Assembly (NCBI GenBank): GCA_950097015.1
Contig: CATNEN010000039.1
Location: 1,674,001 to 1,738,000 of the forward strand
Reading direction: 5' to 3'
Source: Macrostomum hystrix
Lineage: Eukaryota > Animalia > Platyhelminthes
Length of the DNA: 64,000 bases
Shown here: positions 12,680 to 27,600 of the stretch, one piece after another
Layout of the letters: each line of letters opens with the position of its first letter
How positions within the stretch are numbered: the first letter of the stretch is position 1
Position numbers and translations under genes: made by a program
Notes under the pieces: generated by a model
The model's database searches: none
Seen by the model: the letters and a program-made list of their open reading frames with translations, nothing else
What the model was told of the DNA's origin: nothing

Positions 12680-15600
12680 ATGGCCCTGACAGTGCTGCTC
12701 ACGATTGCTCTGTTCAGCTATGCTCCATCTGCCTTTGCCGCAGGTGAGAATTACTTACCTGACTGATCACTCAACCAATCTTGAAGCAATAGTAAAATTC
12801 CTGAAAGCCCTGGCGATTAAACTCATGAAACATTTCTCTAACTTAAAACTACTATTCCCATTTTATTGCTAGGTTTCTGACACAAGCCACTGTGTGTCTT
12901 GGAGCAAAACATTGAATTCCCCCCTTTTGCTTCAGAGTGGTTAACAGTGCTAGCTGGGGTAGAAATTCCTATGTACGTGGCCGCATCCCAGTCCATGGAC
13001 TGAACAGCTGCTGCACCGCCATGAAGCAACGAGTGGTAGCTTCGGCTGTGCCACCACAGGATGTACATTTTTATCTAGGACTTAGCGTTTGCCGCTCGAC
13101 ATTTTTTACCTGCTTCCCTCCATATCTGGCTCATTAACACCGCTTTCCCCCGCATCAGGGAGGAACCAGCGCTTCTTCTTCGATCTCAGCGCCAGCCAGT
13201 GTCGCAGTCCCAGCCTTGTCTGGGTTGTCCTTGAACCGAATGTTACCCGACTGCAGCTGCAGCTGCTGGAGAGCAGCAGGTATTTTGAATTCGAAAGGTG
13301 TTTCATTATTCACTTATGCTATTTTGTGCTGCTAAGGGGAAAATCTTAACTGCACATTGATTGGGTTTAACACACAGAAAAATGGGTACCACAATTAGCT
13401 ACTCCCCAGTATTAGCTACTCCCCAGTATTAGCTACTCCCCAGTATTAGCTACTCCCCAGTATTAGCTACTCCCCAGTATTAGCTACTCCCAGTATTAGC
13501 TACTCCCCAGTATTAGCTACTCCCCAGTATTAGCTACTCCCCAGTATTAGCTACTCCCCAGTATTAGCTACTCCCCAGTATTAGCTACTCCACAGTATTA
13601 GCTACTCCCCAGTATTAGCTACTCCACAGTATTAGCTACTCTCCACTATTAGCTACTCCCCAGTATTAGCTACTCCACAGTATTAGCTAGTCCCCTGTAT
13701 TAGCTACTCCCCACTATTAGCTACTCCCCAGTATTAGCTACTCCCCACTATTAGCTACTCCCCAGTATTAGCTACTCCCCACTATTAGCTACTCCCCAGT
13801 ATTAGCTACTCCCCAGTATTAGCTACTCCCCAGTATTAGCTACTCCCCAGTATTAGCTACTCCCCAGTATTAGCTACTCCCCAGTATTAGCTACTCCACA
13901 GTATTAGCTACTCCCCAGTATTAGCTACTCCACAGTATTAGCTACTCCCCAGTATTAGCTACTCCCCAGTATTAGCTACTCCCCAGTATTAGCTACTCTC
14001 CACTATTAGCTACTCCCCAGTATTAGCTACTCCCCAGTATTAGCTACTCCACAGTATTAGCTACTCCCCAGTATTAGCTACTCCCCAGTATTAGCTACTC
14101 CCCAGTATTAGCTACTCCCCAGTATTAGCTACTCCCCAGTATTAGCTACTCCCCAGTATTAGCTACTCCCCAGTATTAGCTACTCCCCAGTATTAGCTAC
14201 TCCACAGTATTAGCTACTCCCCAGTATTAGCTACTCCACAGTATTAGCTACTCTCCACTATTAGCTACTCCCCAGTATTAGCTACTCCACAGTATTAGCT
14301 AGTCCCCTGTATTAGCTACTCCCCACTATTAGCTACTCCCCAGTATTAGCTACTCCCCACTATTAGCTACTCCCCAGTATTAGCTACTCCCCACTATTAG
14401 CTACTCCCCAGTATTAGCTACTCCCCAGTATTAGCTACTCCCCAGTATTAGCTACTCCCCAGTATTAGCTACTCCCCAGTATTAGCTACTCCCCAGTATT
14501 AGCTACTCCCCAGTATTAGCTACTCCCAGTATTAGCTACTCCACAGTATTAGCTACTCCCCAGTATTAGCTACTCCCCAGTATTAGCTACTCCACAGTAT
14601 TAGCTACTCCCCAGTATTAGCTACTCCACAGTATTAGCTACTCTCCACTATTAGCTACTCCCCAGTATTAGCTACTCCACAGTATTAGCTACTCCACAGT
14701 ATTAGCTACTCCACAGTATTAGCTACTCCCCAGTATTAGCTACTCCCCAGTATTAGCTACTCCCCAGTATTAGCTACTCCCCAGTATTAGCTACTCCCCA
14801 GTATTAGCTACTCCCCAGTATTAGCTAGTCCCCAGTATTAGCTACTCCCCAGTATTAGCTACTCCCCAGTATTAGCTACTCCCCAGTATTAGCTACTCCC
14901 CAGTATTAGCTACTCCCCAGTATTAGCTACTCCCCAGTATTAGCTACTCCCCAGTATTAGCTACTCCCCAGTATTAGCTACTCTCCACTATTAGCTACTC
15001 CCCAGTATTAGCTACTCCACAGTATTAGCTACTCCACAGTATTAGCTACTCCACAGTATTAGCTACTCTCCACTATTAGCTACTCCCCAGTATTAGCTAC
15101 TCCACAGTATTAGCTAGTCCCCTGTATTAGCTACTCCCCACTATTAGCTACTCCCCAGTATTAGCTAGTCCCCAGTATTAGCTACTCCCAGTATTAGCTA
15201 GTCCCCAGTATTAGCTACTCCCCAGTATTAGCTACTCCCAGTATTAGCTACTCCACAGTATTAGCTACTCCCCAGTATTAGCTACTCCCCAGTATTAGCT
15301 ACTCCCCAGTATTAGCTACTCCCCAGTATTAGCTACTCTCCACTATTAGCTACTCCCCAGTATTAGCTACTCCACAGTATTAGCTACTCCACAGTATTAG
15401 CTACTCCACAGTATTAGCTACTCCCCAGTATTAGCTACTCCACAGTATTAGCTACTCCCCAGTATTAGCTACTCCCCAGTATTAGCTACTCCACAGTATT
15501 AGCTACTCCCAGTATTAGCTACTCCCCAGTATTAGCTACTCCCCAGTATTAGCTACTCCACAGTATTAGCTACTCCACAGTATTAGCTACTCCACAGTAT

Positions 15601-18600
15601 TAGCTACTCCACAGTATTAGCTACTCCCCAGTATTAGCTACTCCCAGTATTAGCTAGTCCCCTGTATTAGCTACTCCCCAGTATTAGCTACTCCCCAGTA
15701 TTAGCTACTCCCCAGTATTAGCTACTCCCCAGTATTAGCTACTCCCCAGTATTAGCTACTCCCCAGTATTAGCTACTCCCCAGTATTAGCTACTCCCCAG
15801 TATTAGCTACTCCCCAGTATTAGCTACTCCCCAGTATTAGCTACTCCCCAGTATTAGCTACTCCCCAGTATTGGCTACTCCACAGTATTAGCTACTCCCC
15901 AGTATTAGCTACTCCACAGTATTAGCTACTCCCCAGTATTAGCTACTCCCCAGTATTAGCTACTCCCAGTATTAGCTACTCCCCAGTATTAGCTACTCCC
16001 CAGTATTAGCTACTCTCCACTATTAGCTACTCTCCACTATTAGCTACTCCCCAGTATTAGCTACTCCCCAGTATTAGCTACTCCCCAGTATTAGCTACTC
16101 CCCAGTATTAGCTACTCCCCAGTATTAGCTACTCCCCAGTATTAGCTACTCCCCAGTATTAGCTACTCCCAGTATTAGCTACTCCCCAGTATTAGCTACT
16201 CCCCAGTATTAGCTACTCCCCAGTATTAGCTAGTCCCCTGTATTAGCTACTCCCCAGTATTAGCTACTCCCCAGTATTAGCTACTCCCCAGTATTAGCTA
16301 CTCCCCAGTGATAAGGCTGTGATAAATGTTTAATCCTGTTTGCTTGATCCTTGTGTCTAAACAAATATGCTATAATTGCTGCCTTTTCCCCGCAGGGACT
16401 TCATATCTTCCCACTTAGAATTTCACCCCAGCCTGAGTCGACTCAGCTCAACGGGGCATTGGCCGTGCTATTACCAAGGTAGCGTTGTCAGCACCGGCGC
16501 TCACGTTATCGCCTCCGTGGTCGATGAAGTGTTCAGGTAAATGTATGAGAGAAACTGGCACCCAACTCTGCTAAACTGGCACCCAACTCTGCTAAACTGG
16601 CACCCAACTCTGCTAAAGTGGCACCCAACTCAGCTAAACTGGCACCCAACTCTGCTAAACTGGCACCCAACTCTGCTAAAGTGGCACCCAACTCTGCTAA
16701 ACTGGCACCCAACTCTGCTAAAGTGGCACCCAACTCAGCTAAACTGGCACCCAACTCTGCTAAACTGGCACCCAACTCTGCTAAAGTGGCACCCAACTCT
16801 GCTAAACTGGCACCCAACTCTGCTAAAGTGGCACCCAACTCAGCTAAACTGGCACCCAACTCTGCTAAACTGGCACCCAACTCTGCTAAACTGGCACCCA
16901 ACTCTGCTCCTGTATGATAGAAACTGGCACCCAACTCTGCTCTTGTATGAGAGAAACTGGCACCCAACTCTGCTCCTGCATGAGAGAAACTGGCACCCAA
17001 CTCTGCTAAACTGGCACCCAACTCTGCTAACCTGCACCAACTCTGCTAAAGTGGCACCCAACTCTGCTCCTGTATGAGAGAAACTGGCACCCAACTCTGC
17101 TAAACTGGCACCCAACTCTGCTAAAGTGGCACCCAACTCTGCTAAACTGGCACCCAACTCTGCTAAACTGGCACCCAACTCTGCTAAACTGGCACCCAAC
17201 TCTGCTCTTGTATGAGAGAAACTGGCACCCAACTCAGCTAAACTGGCACCCAACTCTGCTAAACTGGCACCCAACTCTGCTAAACTGGCACCCAACTCTG
17301 CTCCTGTGTGAGAAAAACAATTTGATGGGGCAGAGATTGGGTTTTGATTGACACAGCTTATTAGCACTTAGAACTCCCGCCTCACCTTAAACAGAGCTAC
17401 GTTCAGTCACAACAGCATCGTGTACGAAGCTTCGGCTGACTTCTCAGGAACCGCGGCAGACGCAGAGAAGATTCCAACAGCTTCGGCGAGTCCGGCTAGC
17501 AACCCCGCTGGGCGTTGCGGAGTCGGGCGCGGCAAAATCGAGCAACATCGGGCTGTTCACCTGGCTGGTCACCTGGCTGATCACCTGTCTGCCAGTGCCC
17601 AGCCGCAGAGTCGTCAGCGCCGGTCCCCGCTGATGCTAGACACCAACTCTCCTGTCCCGCCGGCGGATAGGAAGTACATCCTGCTGATCCTGGCTGCTGA
17701 TGAGTCCTTTGTGAGTTGCTTGAGATCGATTTCTGCAGCACTTCCTGTGAGCACTGAAGCACTGTCTTAGCATTCCGCTGACCCATGAGCAGGGGTGTGT
17801 GCCTCTACCCCGACGCGGATTCGAGCCCAGGACCTGGTTGACAATCGCGTGACCAGTCCGCTGGTTCGACAGCTCATTTTTTCTGTGTGCAATCGAAGTA
17901 AAACAAAACTTGAGAAACTTTCCAATTTAAATTTCAGTACCAAGCTATGAACAGCTCAATAGTGAAAGCTACAACTCGACTCTGGGATATAGCCAACTAT
18001 GTCAATGGCGTAAGTAGTCTGCAAATTATTGGGATTTGCTTTTTCATAAGCTTTGAACCTTTCTTAGCAATGCTAGAGCACAAACTTCATATTTAATGAG
18101 AACTTAACTATGCCTCTTCAATCTGGCCAGCTTTACAAGCAACTCGGCGTCAATGTTGTCACGGTCAAGACAGACGTCTGGACCACCAGCCAGTTCGAAG
18201 TGCTGAAGTCTAACAGCAGCGGCGGAGGCCTTGATCAGAATGACTTTCTCAACAAGTTCCTGAGCTATCGGACAGTGGCCTACCGAAATGTGACCCACAC
18301 CGTGGCTCACCTGGTCACGTGAGTTTGCTAAAAGTAAAAGGTCCTTTTACGCTCCGAGGTCCTTGGTTCGACTCCCACTGGCAGCAAAGTTAAGCAGAAA
18401 AAAAATTTTGCAATCAACTTTCAGCGTCAAGAGAATGGCCATGGGCGTGACTGGAATTTCACCGTTGGGCAAAATGTGCCTTTTTCCAGCCAGTGGAGGG
18501 CTGGAAGTAGTGAGTTCAGCGAATCTTGTCATTTTATGCAAAAAACTTTCTTTAAATCTAAGCGGCACTCTGAGAGCTTTCTCTCTTGAGAAAAGTAGGT

Positions 18601-21600
18601 TAGATTTTAAAAGGTCAAAACAGGAAAATGATAGTGGATTCTCCAAGATTCCCCAAGGTTAATTTGGCAAAGAGTAGATTCCCCTAGGTATATTTAGAAA
18701 AGAGTGGATTCCCCGAGGTTAATTAAAAAAAGAGTGGATTCCCCAAGGTTAATTAAAAAAAGAGTGGATTCCCCAAGGTTAATTTAGAAAAGAGTGGATT
18801 CCCCAAGGTTAATTTGGCGAAGAGTGGATTCCCCTAGGTTTATTTAGAAAAAAGTGGATTCCCCTAGGTATATTTAGAAAAGAGTGGATTCCCCAAGGTT
18901 AATTAAAAAAAGATGGATTCCACAAGGTTAATTTAAAAGAGTGGATTCCCCAAGGTTAATTTAGAAAAGAGTGGATTCCCCAAGGTTAATTAAAAAAAGA
19001 TGGATTCCACAAGGTTAATTTAAAAGAGTGGATTCCCCAAGGTTAATTTAGAAAAGAGTGGATTCCCCAAGGTTAATTTGGCGAAGAGTGGATTCCCCTA
19101 GGTTTATTTAGAAAAAAGTGGATTCCCCTAGGTTTATTTAGAAAAAAGTGGATTCCCTAAGGTTAATTAAAAAAAGATGGATTCCACAAGGTTAATTTAA
19201 AAGAGTGGATTCCCCAAGGTTCATTTGGACTACTAAACAAAGGTCAACTAATCAAAATATTTCTATGCATTCTAGGATTTGGTGATAAACGGCAGTTCCT
19301 ACGGGGTCGCCACAACTGTTGCTCATGAGCTGGGCCACAACCTGGGCATGCAGCATGACGATACAGGCAACGTCACCTGCTACTGCCCTGACCCGCAAGG
19401 CTGCATCATGCAGTCGGCGGTTACCATGTGAGTATCAACATTGGGATAATGAACATTGGGATAATGAACATTGGGATAATGAACATTGGGATAATGAACA
19501 TTGGGATAATGAACATTGGGATAATGAACATTGGGATAATAAACATTGGGATAATGAACATTGGGATAATGAACATTAGATAATGAACATTGGGATAACG
19601 AACATTGGGATAATGAACATTGGGATAATGAACATTGGGATAATGAACATCGGGATAATGAACATTGGGATAATGAACATTGAGATAACGAACATTGGGA
19701 TAATGAACATTGGGATAATGAACATTGGGATAATGAACATCGGGATAATGAACCTGGGATAATGAACATTTGGATAATGAACCTGGGATAATGAACATTT
19801 GGATAATGAACCTGGGATAATGAACATTGGGATAATGAACATTGGGATAATGAACATCGGGATAATGAACATTGGGATAATGAACATTGGGATAATGAAC
19901 CTGGGATAATGAACATTTGGATAATGAACATTGGGATAATCCGTAGCTAAGACAGTACTGTATTTTTCAGCGCCGATCCGCTACGCTTCTCCGACTGCTC
20001 AGTCAGCACCTTCCAAGAATTCACCGTGCCGAACGGGCTCGGCTACTGCATGACTCGAGCTCCGGACTCCAGCCAGCTGATGACCACCGCCCCAGGGTCA
20101 GCCAGTGCTGCCTGCGGCAACCGAATGGTGGAACCTGGCGAGGACTGCGACTGTGGCCTGCCTGCGGTATGCCAGAAAAAAGTCACAGCACTTTCTTCCT
20201 TCGATTCCGACTTCGACTCCTACTTTTTTTATTCCCAATTTTTTTATTACTTCTTTCTTCGATTCCTACTTTCTTCGATTCCTACTTTCTTCGATTCCTA
20301 CTTTCTTCGATTCCTACTTTCTTCGATTCCTACTTCCTTCGATTCCTTCTTCTTCGATTCCTTCTTTCTTCGATTCCTACTTTCTTCGATTCTTACTTCC
20401 TTCGATTCCCTCTTTTTTGGTTTTTTTCGTTTCTTTCTTCCTTCGATTCTTAATTTTTTCGATTCGCACTTTTTTCAATTCCTACTTTCTTCGATTCCCA
20501 CTTTTTACATTTCGTCGTTTCTTTCTTCCTTCGATTCCCTCTTCGTTTAATTCCCTTCCCTTTCAACTCTGATTACATTCTTTCTCACCAAAATTGTACA
20601 TTGCATAGAATCCTTTGCTTATCAGCACACACTCTCAATTGATCATCGCTGCACAACCGCTTTCAGTACTGCAACAACAGCTGCTGCAATCCGTACACCT
20701 GCAAATTCTCACCTGGTGCCACCTGCGCATCCGGGCAGTGCTGCAACACAGCCACCTGCTCGCCGATGTCGCTCGGCTCAGTTTGTCGACCAGCTCGAGG
20801 TGTCTGCGACCTTCCGGAGTTTTGCAACGGCTCCAGCGAGTGGTGCCCCCAGTTTGACGACTACGCCATGGATGGAACCACCTGCAGCACCAGGGCTGGG
20901 CAGCCTACCGTGAGAGACGGATGGGTTGTAGCAAAATTTGCTTACTAACTACTATGAGTAGCTAGAAGACTCGAAAAAATGTAAGAACAAAGATTCCAAG
21001 AAAATACTGTCTGCTGAGAAAATTCAAATCTCTCACCTGACAATCTAGCTTCCACCTGGATACCTCCCAATTGACAATTTTCAATTACAGAATCTTCCAC
21101 TTCAGAATCTCCTACTTCAGAATCTCCTACTTCAGAATCTCCTACTTCAGAATCTCCCACTTCAGAATCTCTCACTTCAGAATATACCACTTCAGAATCT
21201 CTACTCAAATTATCCCACTTGGGATTTTAGCTCTAATGAATCTCCCAATAGTAATGCGACCTTTGTTTATCCAGTCGCCTCATGTCTGTGCCCATGAGAC
21301 ATTGTCCTGTGAGCAGAACAGCGGTGCTTGAGATTGCATACCTTGGCTAATATTGTGCATTATTAATGAGCCTGAAAGGATGTGCTGTCCCATAGGGTAC
21401 TAAAGTTCCTTGGTGAATGCCTGAACGATGCATGGCGTTGCCGCATAACACAGAGCATAAAATCACGCGATATCCTAAACATTTTTTGATTGGGATTCAG
21501 CTAACAAGGGGGTGGGAATTTATGTCTCACAAAAGAATGGGGATTTGGCTCGGAACTATTGGGGATTTTAGCCTGGAAACAATTGGGGATTTTAGCCTCG

Positions 21601-24600
21601 GAACTATTGGGGATTTGAGCCTCGGAACTATTGAGGATTTGAGCCTCGGAACTATTGGGGATTTGAGCCTCGGAACTATGGGGGATTTTAGCCTGGAAAC
21701 AATTGGGGATTTGAGCCTGGAAACAATTGGGGATTTGAGCCTCGGAACTATTGGGGATTTTAGCCTGGAAACAATTGGGGATTTGAGCCTCGGAACTATT
21801 GAGGATTTGAGCCTCGGAACTATTGGGGATTTGGCTCGGAACTAAAGGGGATTTGGCTCGGAACTATTGGGAATTTGGCTCGGAACTATTGGGGATTTGA
21901 GCCTCGGAACAATTGGGGAATTGAGCCTCGGAACAATTGGGGATTTGGCTCGGAACTATTGGGAATTTGGCTCGGAACTATTGGGGATTTGAGCCTCGGA
22001 ACAATTGGGGAATTGAGCCTCGGAACAATTGGGGATTTGGCTCGGAACTATTGGGGATTTGAGCCTCGGAACAATTGGGGATTTGGCTCGGAACTATTGG
22101 GGATTTGGCTCGGAACTATTGGGGATTTTAGCCTCGGAACAATTGGGGATTTTAGCCTCGAAACAATTGGGGAATTGAGCCTCGAAACAATTGGGGATTT
22201 GAGCCTCGAAACAATTGGGGATTTGAGCCTCGGAACTATTGAGGATTTGAGCCTCGGAATAATGGGGATTTTAGCCTCGGAACAATGGGGATTTGAGCCT
22301 CGGAACTATTGAGGATTTTAGCCTCGGAATAATGGGGATTTTAGCCTCGAAACAATTGGGGATTTGAGCCTCGGAACTATTGAGGATTTGAGCCTCGGAA
22401 TAATGGGGATTTGAGCCTCGGAATAATGGGGATTTGAGCCTCGGAACAATGGGGATTTGGCTCGGAACTATTGGGGATTTTAGCCTCGGAACAATGGGGA
22501 TTTGAGCCTCGGAACTATTGAGGATTTGAGCCTCGGAACTATTGAGGATTTGAGCCTCGGAATAATGGGGATTTGGCTCGGAACTATTGGGGATTTTAGC
22601 CTCGGAAAAATGGGGATTTGAGCCTCGGAACAATGGGGATTTTAGCCTCGGAACAATGGGGATTTGAGCCTCGGAACAATGGGGATTTTAGCCTCGGAAC
22701 AATGGGGATTTGAGCCTCGGAACTATTGAGGATTTGAGCCTCGGAATAATGGGGATTTGAGCCTCGGAATAATTGGGGATTTGAGCCTCGAAACAATTGG
22801 GGATTTGAGCCTCGGAACTATTGAGGATTTGAGCCTCGGAATAATGGGGATTTGGCTCGGAACTATTGGGGATTTTAGCCTCGGAACAATGGGGATTTGA
22901 GCCTGGAAACAATTGGGTATTTGGCTCGGAACAATTGGGGATTTGAGCCTCGGAACTATTGAGGATTTGAGCCTCGGAATAATGGGGATTTGGCTCGGAA
23001 CTATTGGGGATTTTAGCCTCGGAAAAATGGGGATTTGAGCCTCGGAACAATGGGGATTTTAGCCTCGGAACAATGGGGATTTGAGCCTCGGAACAATGGG
23101 GATTTTAGCCTCGGAACAATGGGGATTTGAGCCTCGGAACTATTGAGGATTTGAGCCTCGGAATAATGGGGATTTGGCTCGGAACTATTGGGGATTTTAG
23201 CCTCGGAAAAATGGGGATTTGAGCCTCGGAACAATGGGGATTTTAGCCTCGGAACAATGGGGATTTGAGCCTCGGAACAATGGGGATTTTAGCCTCGGAA
23301 CAATGGGGATTTGAGCCTCGGAACTATTGAGGATTTGAGCCTCGGAATAATGGGGATTTGAGCCTCGGAATAATTGGGGATTTGAGCCTCGAAACAATTG
23401 GGGATTTGAGCCTCGGAACTATTGAGGATTTGAGCCTCGGAATAATGGGGATTTTAGCCTCGGAACAATGGGGATTTGAGCCTCGGAACTATTGGGGATT
23501 TTAGCCTCGGAAAAATGGGGATTTGAGCCTCGGAACAATGGGGATTTTAGCCTCGGAACAATGGGGATTTGAGCCTCGGAACAATGGGGATTTTAGCCTC
23601 GGAACAATGGGGATTTGAGCCTCGGAACTATTGAGGATTTGAGCCTCGGAATAATGGGGATTTGAGCCTCGGAATAATGGGGATTTGAGCCTCGGAATAA
23701 TGGGGATTTGGCTCGGAACTATTGGGGATTTTAGCCTCGGAACAATTGGGGATTTGAGCCTCGGAACAATTGGGGATTTGGCTCGGAACTATTGGGGATT
23801 TTAGCCTCGGAACAATTGGGGATTTGAGCCTCGAAACAATTGGGGATTTGAGCCTCGAAACAATTGGGGATTTGAGCCTCGGAACTATTGAGGATTTGAG
23901 CCTCGGAATAATGGGGATTTTAGCCTCGGAACAATGGGGATTTGAGCCTCGGAACTATTGGGGATTTGGCTCGGAACTATTGGGGATTTTAGCCTCGGAA
24001 CAATTGGGGATTTGAGCCTCGGAACTATTGAGGATTTGAGCCTCGGAATAATGGGGATTTTAGCCTCGGAACAATGGGGATTTGAGCCTCGGAACTATTG
24101 AGGATTTGAGCCTCGGAATAATGGGGATTTGAGCCTCGGAATAATTGGGGATTTGAGCCTCGAAACAATTGGGGATTTGAGCCTCGGAACTATTGAGGAT
24201 TTGAGCCTCGGAATAATGGGGATTTGGCTCGGAACTATTGGGGATTTTAGCCTCGGAACAATGGGGATTTGAGCCTGGAAACAATTGGGGATTTGGCTCG
24301 GAACAATTGGGGATTTGAGCCTCGGAACTATTGAGGATTTGAGCCTCGGAATAATGGGGATTTGGCTCGGAACTATTGGGGATTTTAGCCTCGGAAAAAT
24401 GGGGATTTGAGCCTCGGAACAATGGGGATTTTAGCCTCGGAACAATGGGGATTTGAGCCTCGGAACAATGGGGATTTTAGCCTCGGAACAATGGGGATTT
24501 GAGCCTCGGAACTATTGAGGATTTGAGCCTCGGAATAATGGGGATTTGAGCCTCGGAATAATTGGGGATTTGAGCCTCGAAACAATTGGGGATTTGAGCC

Positions 24601-27600
24601 TCGGAACTATTGAGGATTTGAGCCTCGGAATAATGGGGATTTTAGCCTCGGAACAATGGGGATTTGAGCCTCGGAACTATTGGGGATTTTAGCCTCGGAA
24701 AAATGGGGATTTGAGCCTCGGAACAATGGGGATTTTAGCCTCGGAACAATGGGGATTTGAGCCTCGGAACAATGGGGATTTTAGCCTCGGAACAATGGGG
24801 ATTTGAGCCTCGGAACTATTGAGGATTTGAGCCTCGGAATAATGGGGATTTGGCTCGGAACTATTGGGGATTTGGCTCGGAACAATTGGGGATTTGAGCC
24901 TCGGAACAATTGGGGATTTGAGCCTCGGAACAATTGGGGATTTGAGCCTCGGAACAATTGGGGATTTGAGCCTCGGAACAATTGAGGATTTGAGCCTCGG
25001 AACTATTGAGGATTTGAGCCTCGGAATAATGGGGATTTTAGCCTCGGAACAATGGGGATTTGAGCCTCGGAACTATTGAGGATTTGAGCCTCGGAATAAT
25101 GGGGATTTTAGCCTCGGAACTATTGCGGATTTGAGCCTCGTTGGGGATTTGAGTTCGAAATCTAGCGGGTAGGCCAGCAGATGTACGGGTTCAGCTTCCA
25201 CTTGCCATGTAATATTGGGATGAATTTCCTTATTCTCAATATCCCCATTCCCTCAGACGGTCGAGGCCTTCTGTTATGAAGGCCAGTGCAGCTCTCGCGA
25301 CCGCCGCTGCTCGCAGCTGATGAGAGGCTCCATGAGGCACTGCCCGGTGGGAAACCTGACGACCTCCGGCCCCGGCTTCTGCGGCTACTCGGCTGCGCCG
25401 ACCGGCTCCTACAGCATGATGCAGTGCAGTGAGCAGTGAGTGAGCACTTTTACTGTTCCCTGAGAAAATGTTCAGTTCGCATGACCCGAAGCTCTGAAGA
25501 TGACTGATTCCGAATTCACAGACCAATTTTGTGCCCAAAAAACCAATGACCAATTTCATGTCATACCGTCCAATGACAATTCCATGTCCCCTGATCAGTT
25601 TCATAATTTTTCATATTTTTTCGCGGCTTGATGACCAATTCAAATAAACCCGTGACCTTAACGATTTGCCCCGGCACCAGGAACAAAGATTGCGGCAGCT
25701 TGATCTGCCAGCTGCCGTCTAACGCTCCGCCGCAGTCCAACTGGATGTCGGTTGGCGATGACCAGCTGCAGATGCTGCCGCCGGGCTCGCTGCCGGTGCC
25801 CGCAGCGATCGCGCTGATCGACCTGACGCTCACCGGATACCGGGACCCCGGCATGGTGCCCAACGGGGCCGCCTGCGGGATCAACAAGGTCATTGCGCAG
25901 CTGGGAATGGAAATTCGGGATGGATAGGGGAGATTCGGGATATATAGGAGAGATTCGGGATGTATAGGGGAGATTCGGGATGTATAGGGGAGATTCGGGA
26001 TTTATACCCAGATTCAGGAGGAGAATCGAGCTTTAGAAGGGAAGATTCGGGATTTGGTGAAGATTTGGAATTTTGAAGATTTCGGAAGTGAAAGGGTAGA
26101 TTTGGGAGTTGGAGGTACGGCAGGAAAGGGGGATTTTCAGTCGAAGCAATATTCGAAATCTGGAGGGAAGATTAGGAAGTACGGGGGGAGATTCGGGAGT
26201 GAGAGAGGGGGATTAAGAAGTGAATGGGGAGATTCAGCAAAGAAATGCTGAGATAGTTTAGGGATTCCTTTCTTTTTTATAGTTGTAGCGACTTTCGGTT
26301 ACGCGACTTGTTTGTACTTGCTCTGATTGTGTCTCTCTTTTCTTTATCGCTGCACCCCCCTCCTTCCCCCTGCCCCTGCTACTCTCCACGATTGTACCCC
26401 AACCCCCCTTTCGTCGCTTTCCTTTGTCTGCCTATGTACATCTGAGGCGGGGTTTAACCCTATCCTTACTATCGATCGCTTCTCTCTAGCCGCTAGTGTT
26501 AAGTTCAAATATAATGTCTGGCCCTCTGGGCCTTTGTGAGTCATCCCCCATTGCGCTCTCTGTCTCGTTTGAGGTTTGGCCGTATGAACGGGTTCTTGCT
26601 GCGAAGATTCAATTAATTGCATGACTTCAACTCGCTTCGCTTCTTAATTCACTCGAAGTAAAGACAATAGTACAACAAAATGAGCTGTTAATCAATCAGT
26701 CTCTAATCCCACTTTCCCGTCACACCTGTTTCAACAGATGTGCGTGAACTCGGCCTGCCTTCCTGTACCTGAGCAGGCGCAGAAGGCAGCTGCGGCATGC
26801 AATGGTCACGGCCGCATTGCGCAGAGCGGCCTCTGCTTTTGCGATCCGGGGTTCGCGCCCCCCGACTGCACCACGGCCGGGGACGGCGGCTCTCTGATGA
26901 ATCGACCTCCGCGACTCGGGCTACTGGCCAGCGACAGGGGTGAGTCAGGGGCCTTCAACATCCCCTCCAGATCCTTCAGAATCCCGTGATCCCCTCCGCA
27001 TCCTTCAGAATCCTATTATCCCCTCCGCATCCTTCAGAATCCCGTTATCCCCTCGAGATCATTCAGAATCCCATTATCCCATCCAGATCCTTCAGAATCC
27101 CGTTATCCCCTCCGCATCCTTCAGAATCTTATTATCCCCTCCAGATCCTTCAGAATCCCGTTATCCCCTCCGCATCCTTCAGAATCCCGTTATCCCCTGC
27201 ACATCCTTCAGAATCCTATTATCCTTTCCAGATCATTCAGAATCCTATTATCCCCTCCGCATACTTCAGAATCCTATTATCCCCTCCAGATCCTTCAGAA
27301 TCCCATCGTCCCCTCCAGATCATTCAGAATCCCATTATCCCCTCCAGATCATTCAGAATCCCGTTATCCACTCCAGATGATTCAGAATCCCACTATCCAA
27401 TCCAGATCATTCAGAATCCAACTATCCAATCCAGATCATTCAGAATCCCATTATCCCCTCCAGATCATTCAGAATCCCATTATCCCCTCCAGATCAGTCA
27501 GAATCCCATTCTCCCCTCCAGATCATTCAGAATCCTATTATCCACTCCAGATCATTCAGAATCCCATTGTCCCCTCCAGATCAATCAGAATCCCATTATC

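Noticed and set aside
18347-18385. tRNA-like GGTTCGACTCCC, and a similar motif near 17815
   Set aside because: Only a B-box/T-loop-like word is present and no cloverleaf could be built; at most a SINE remnant.
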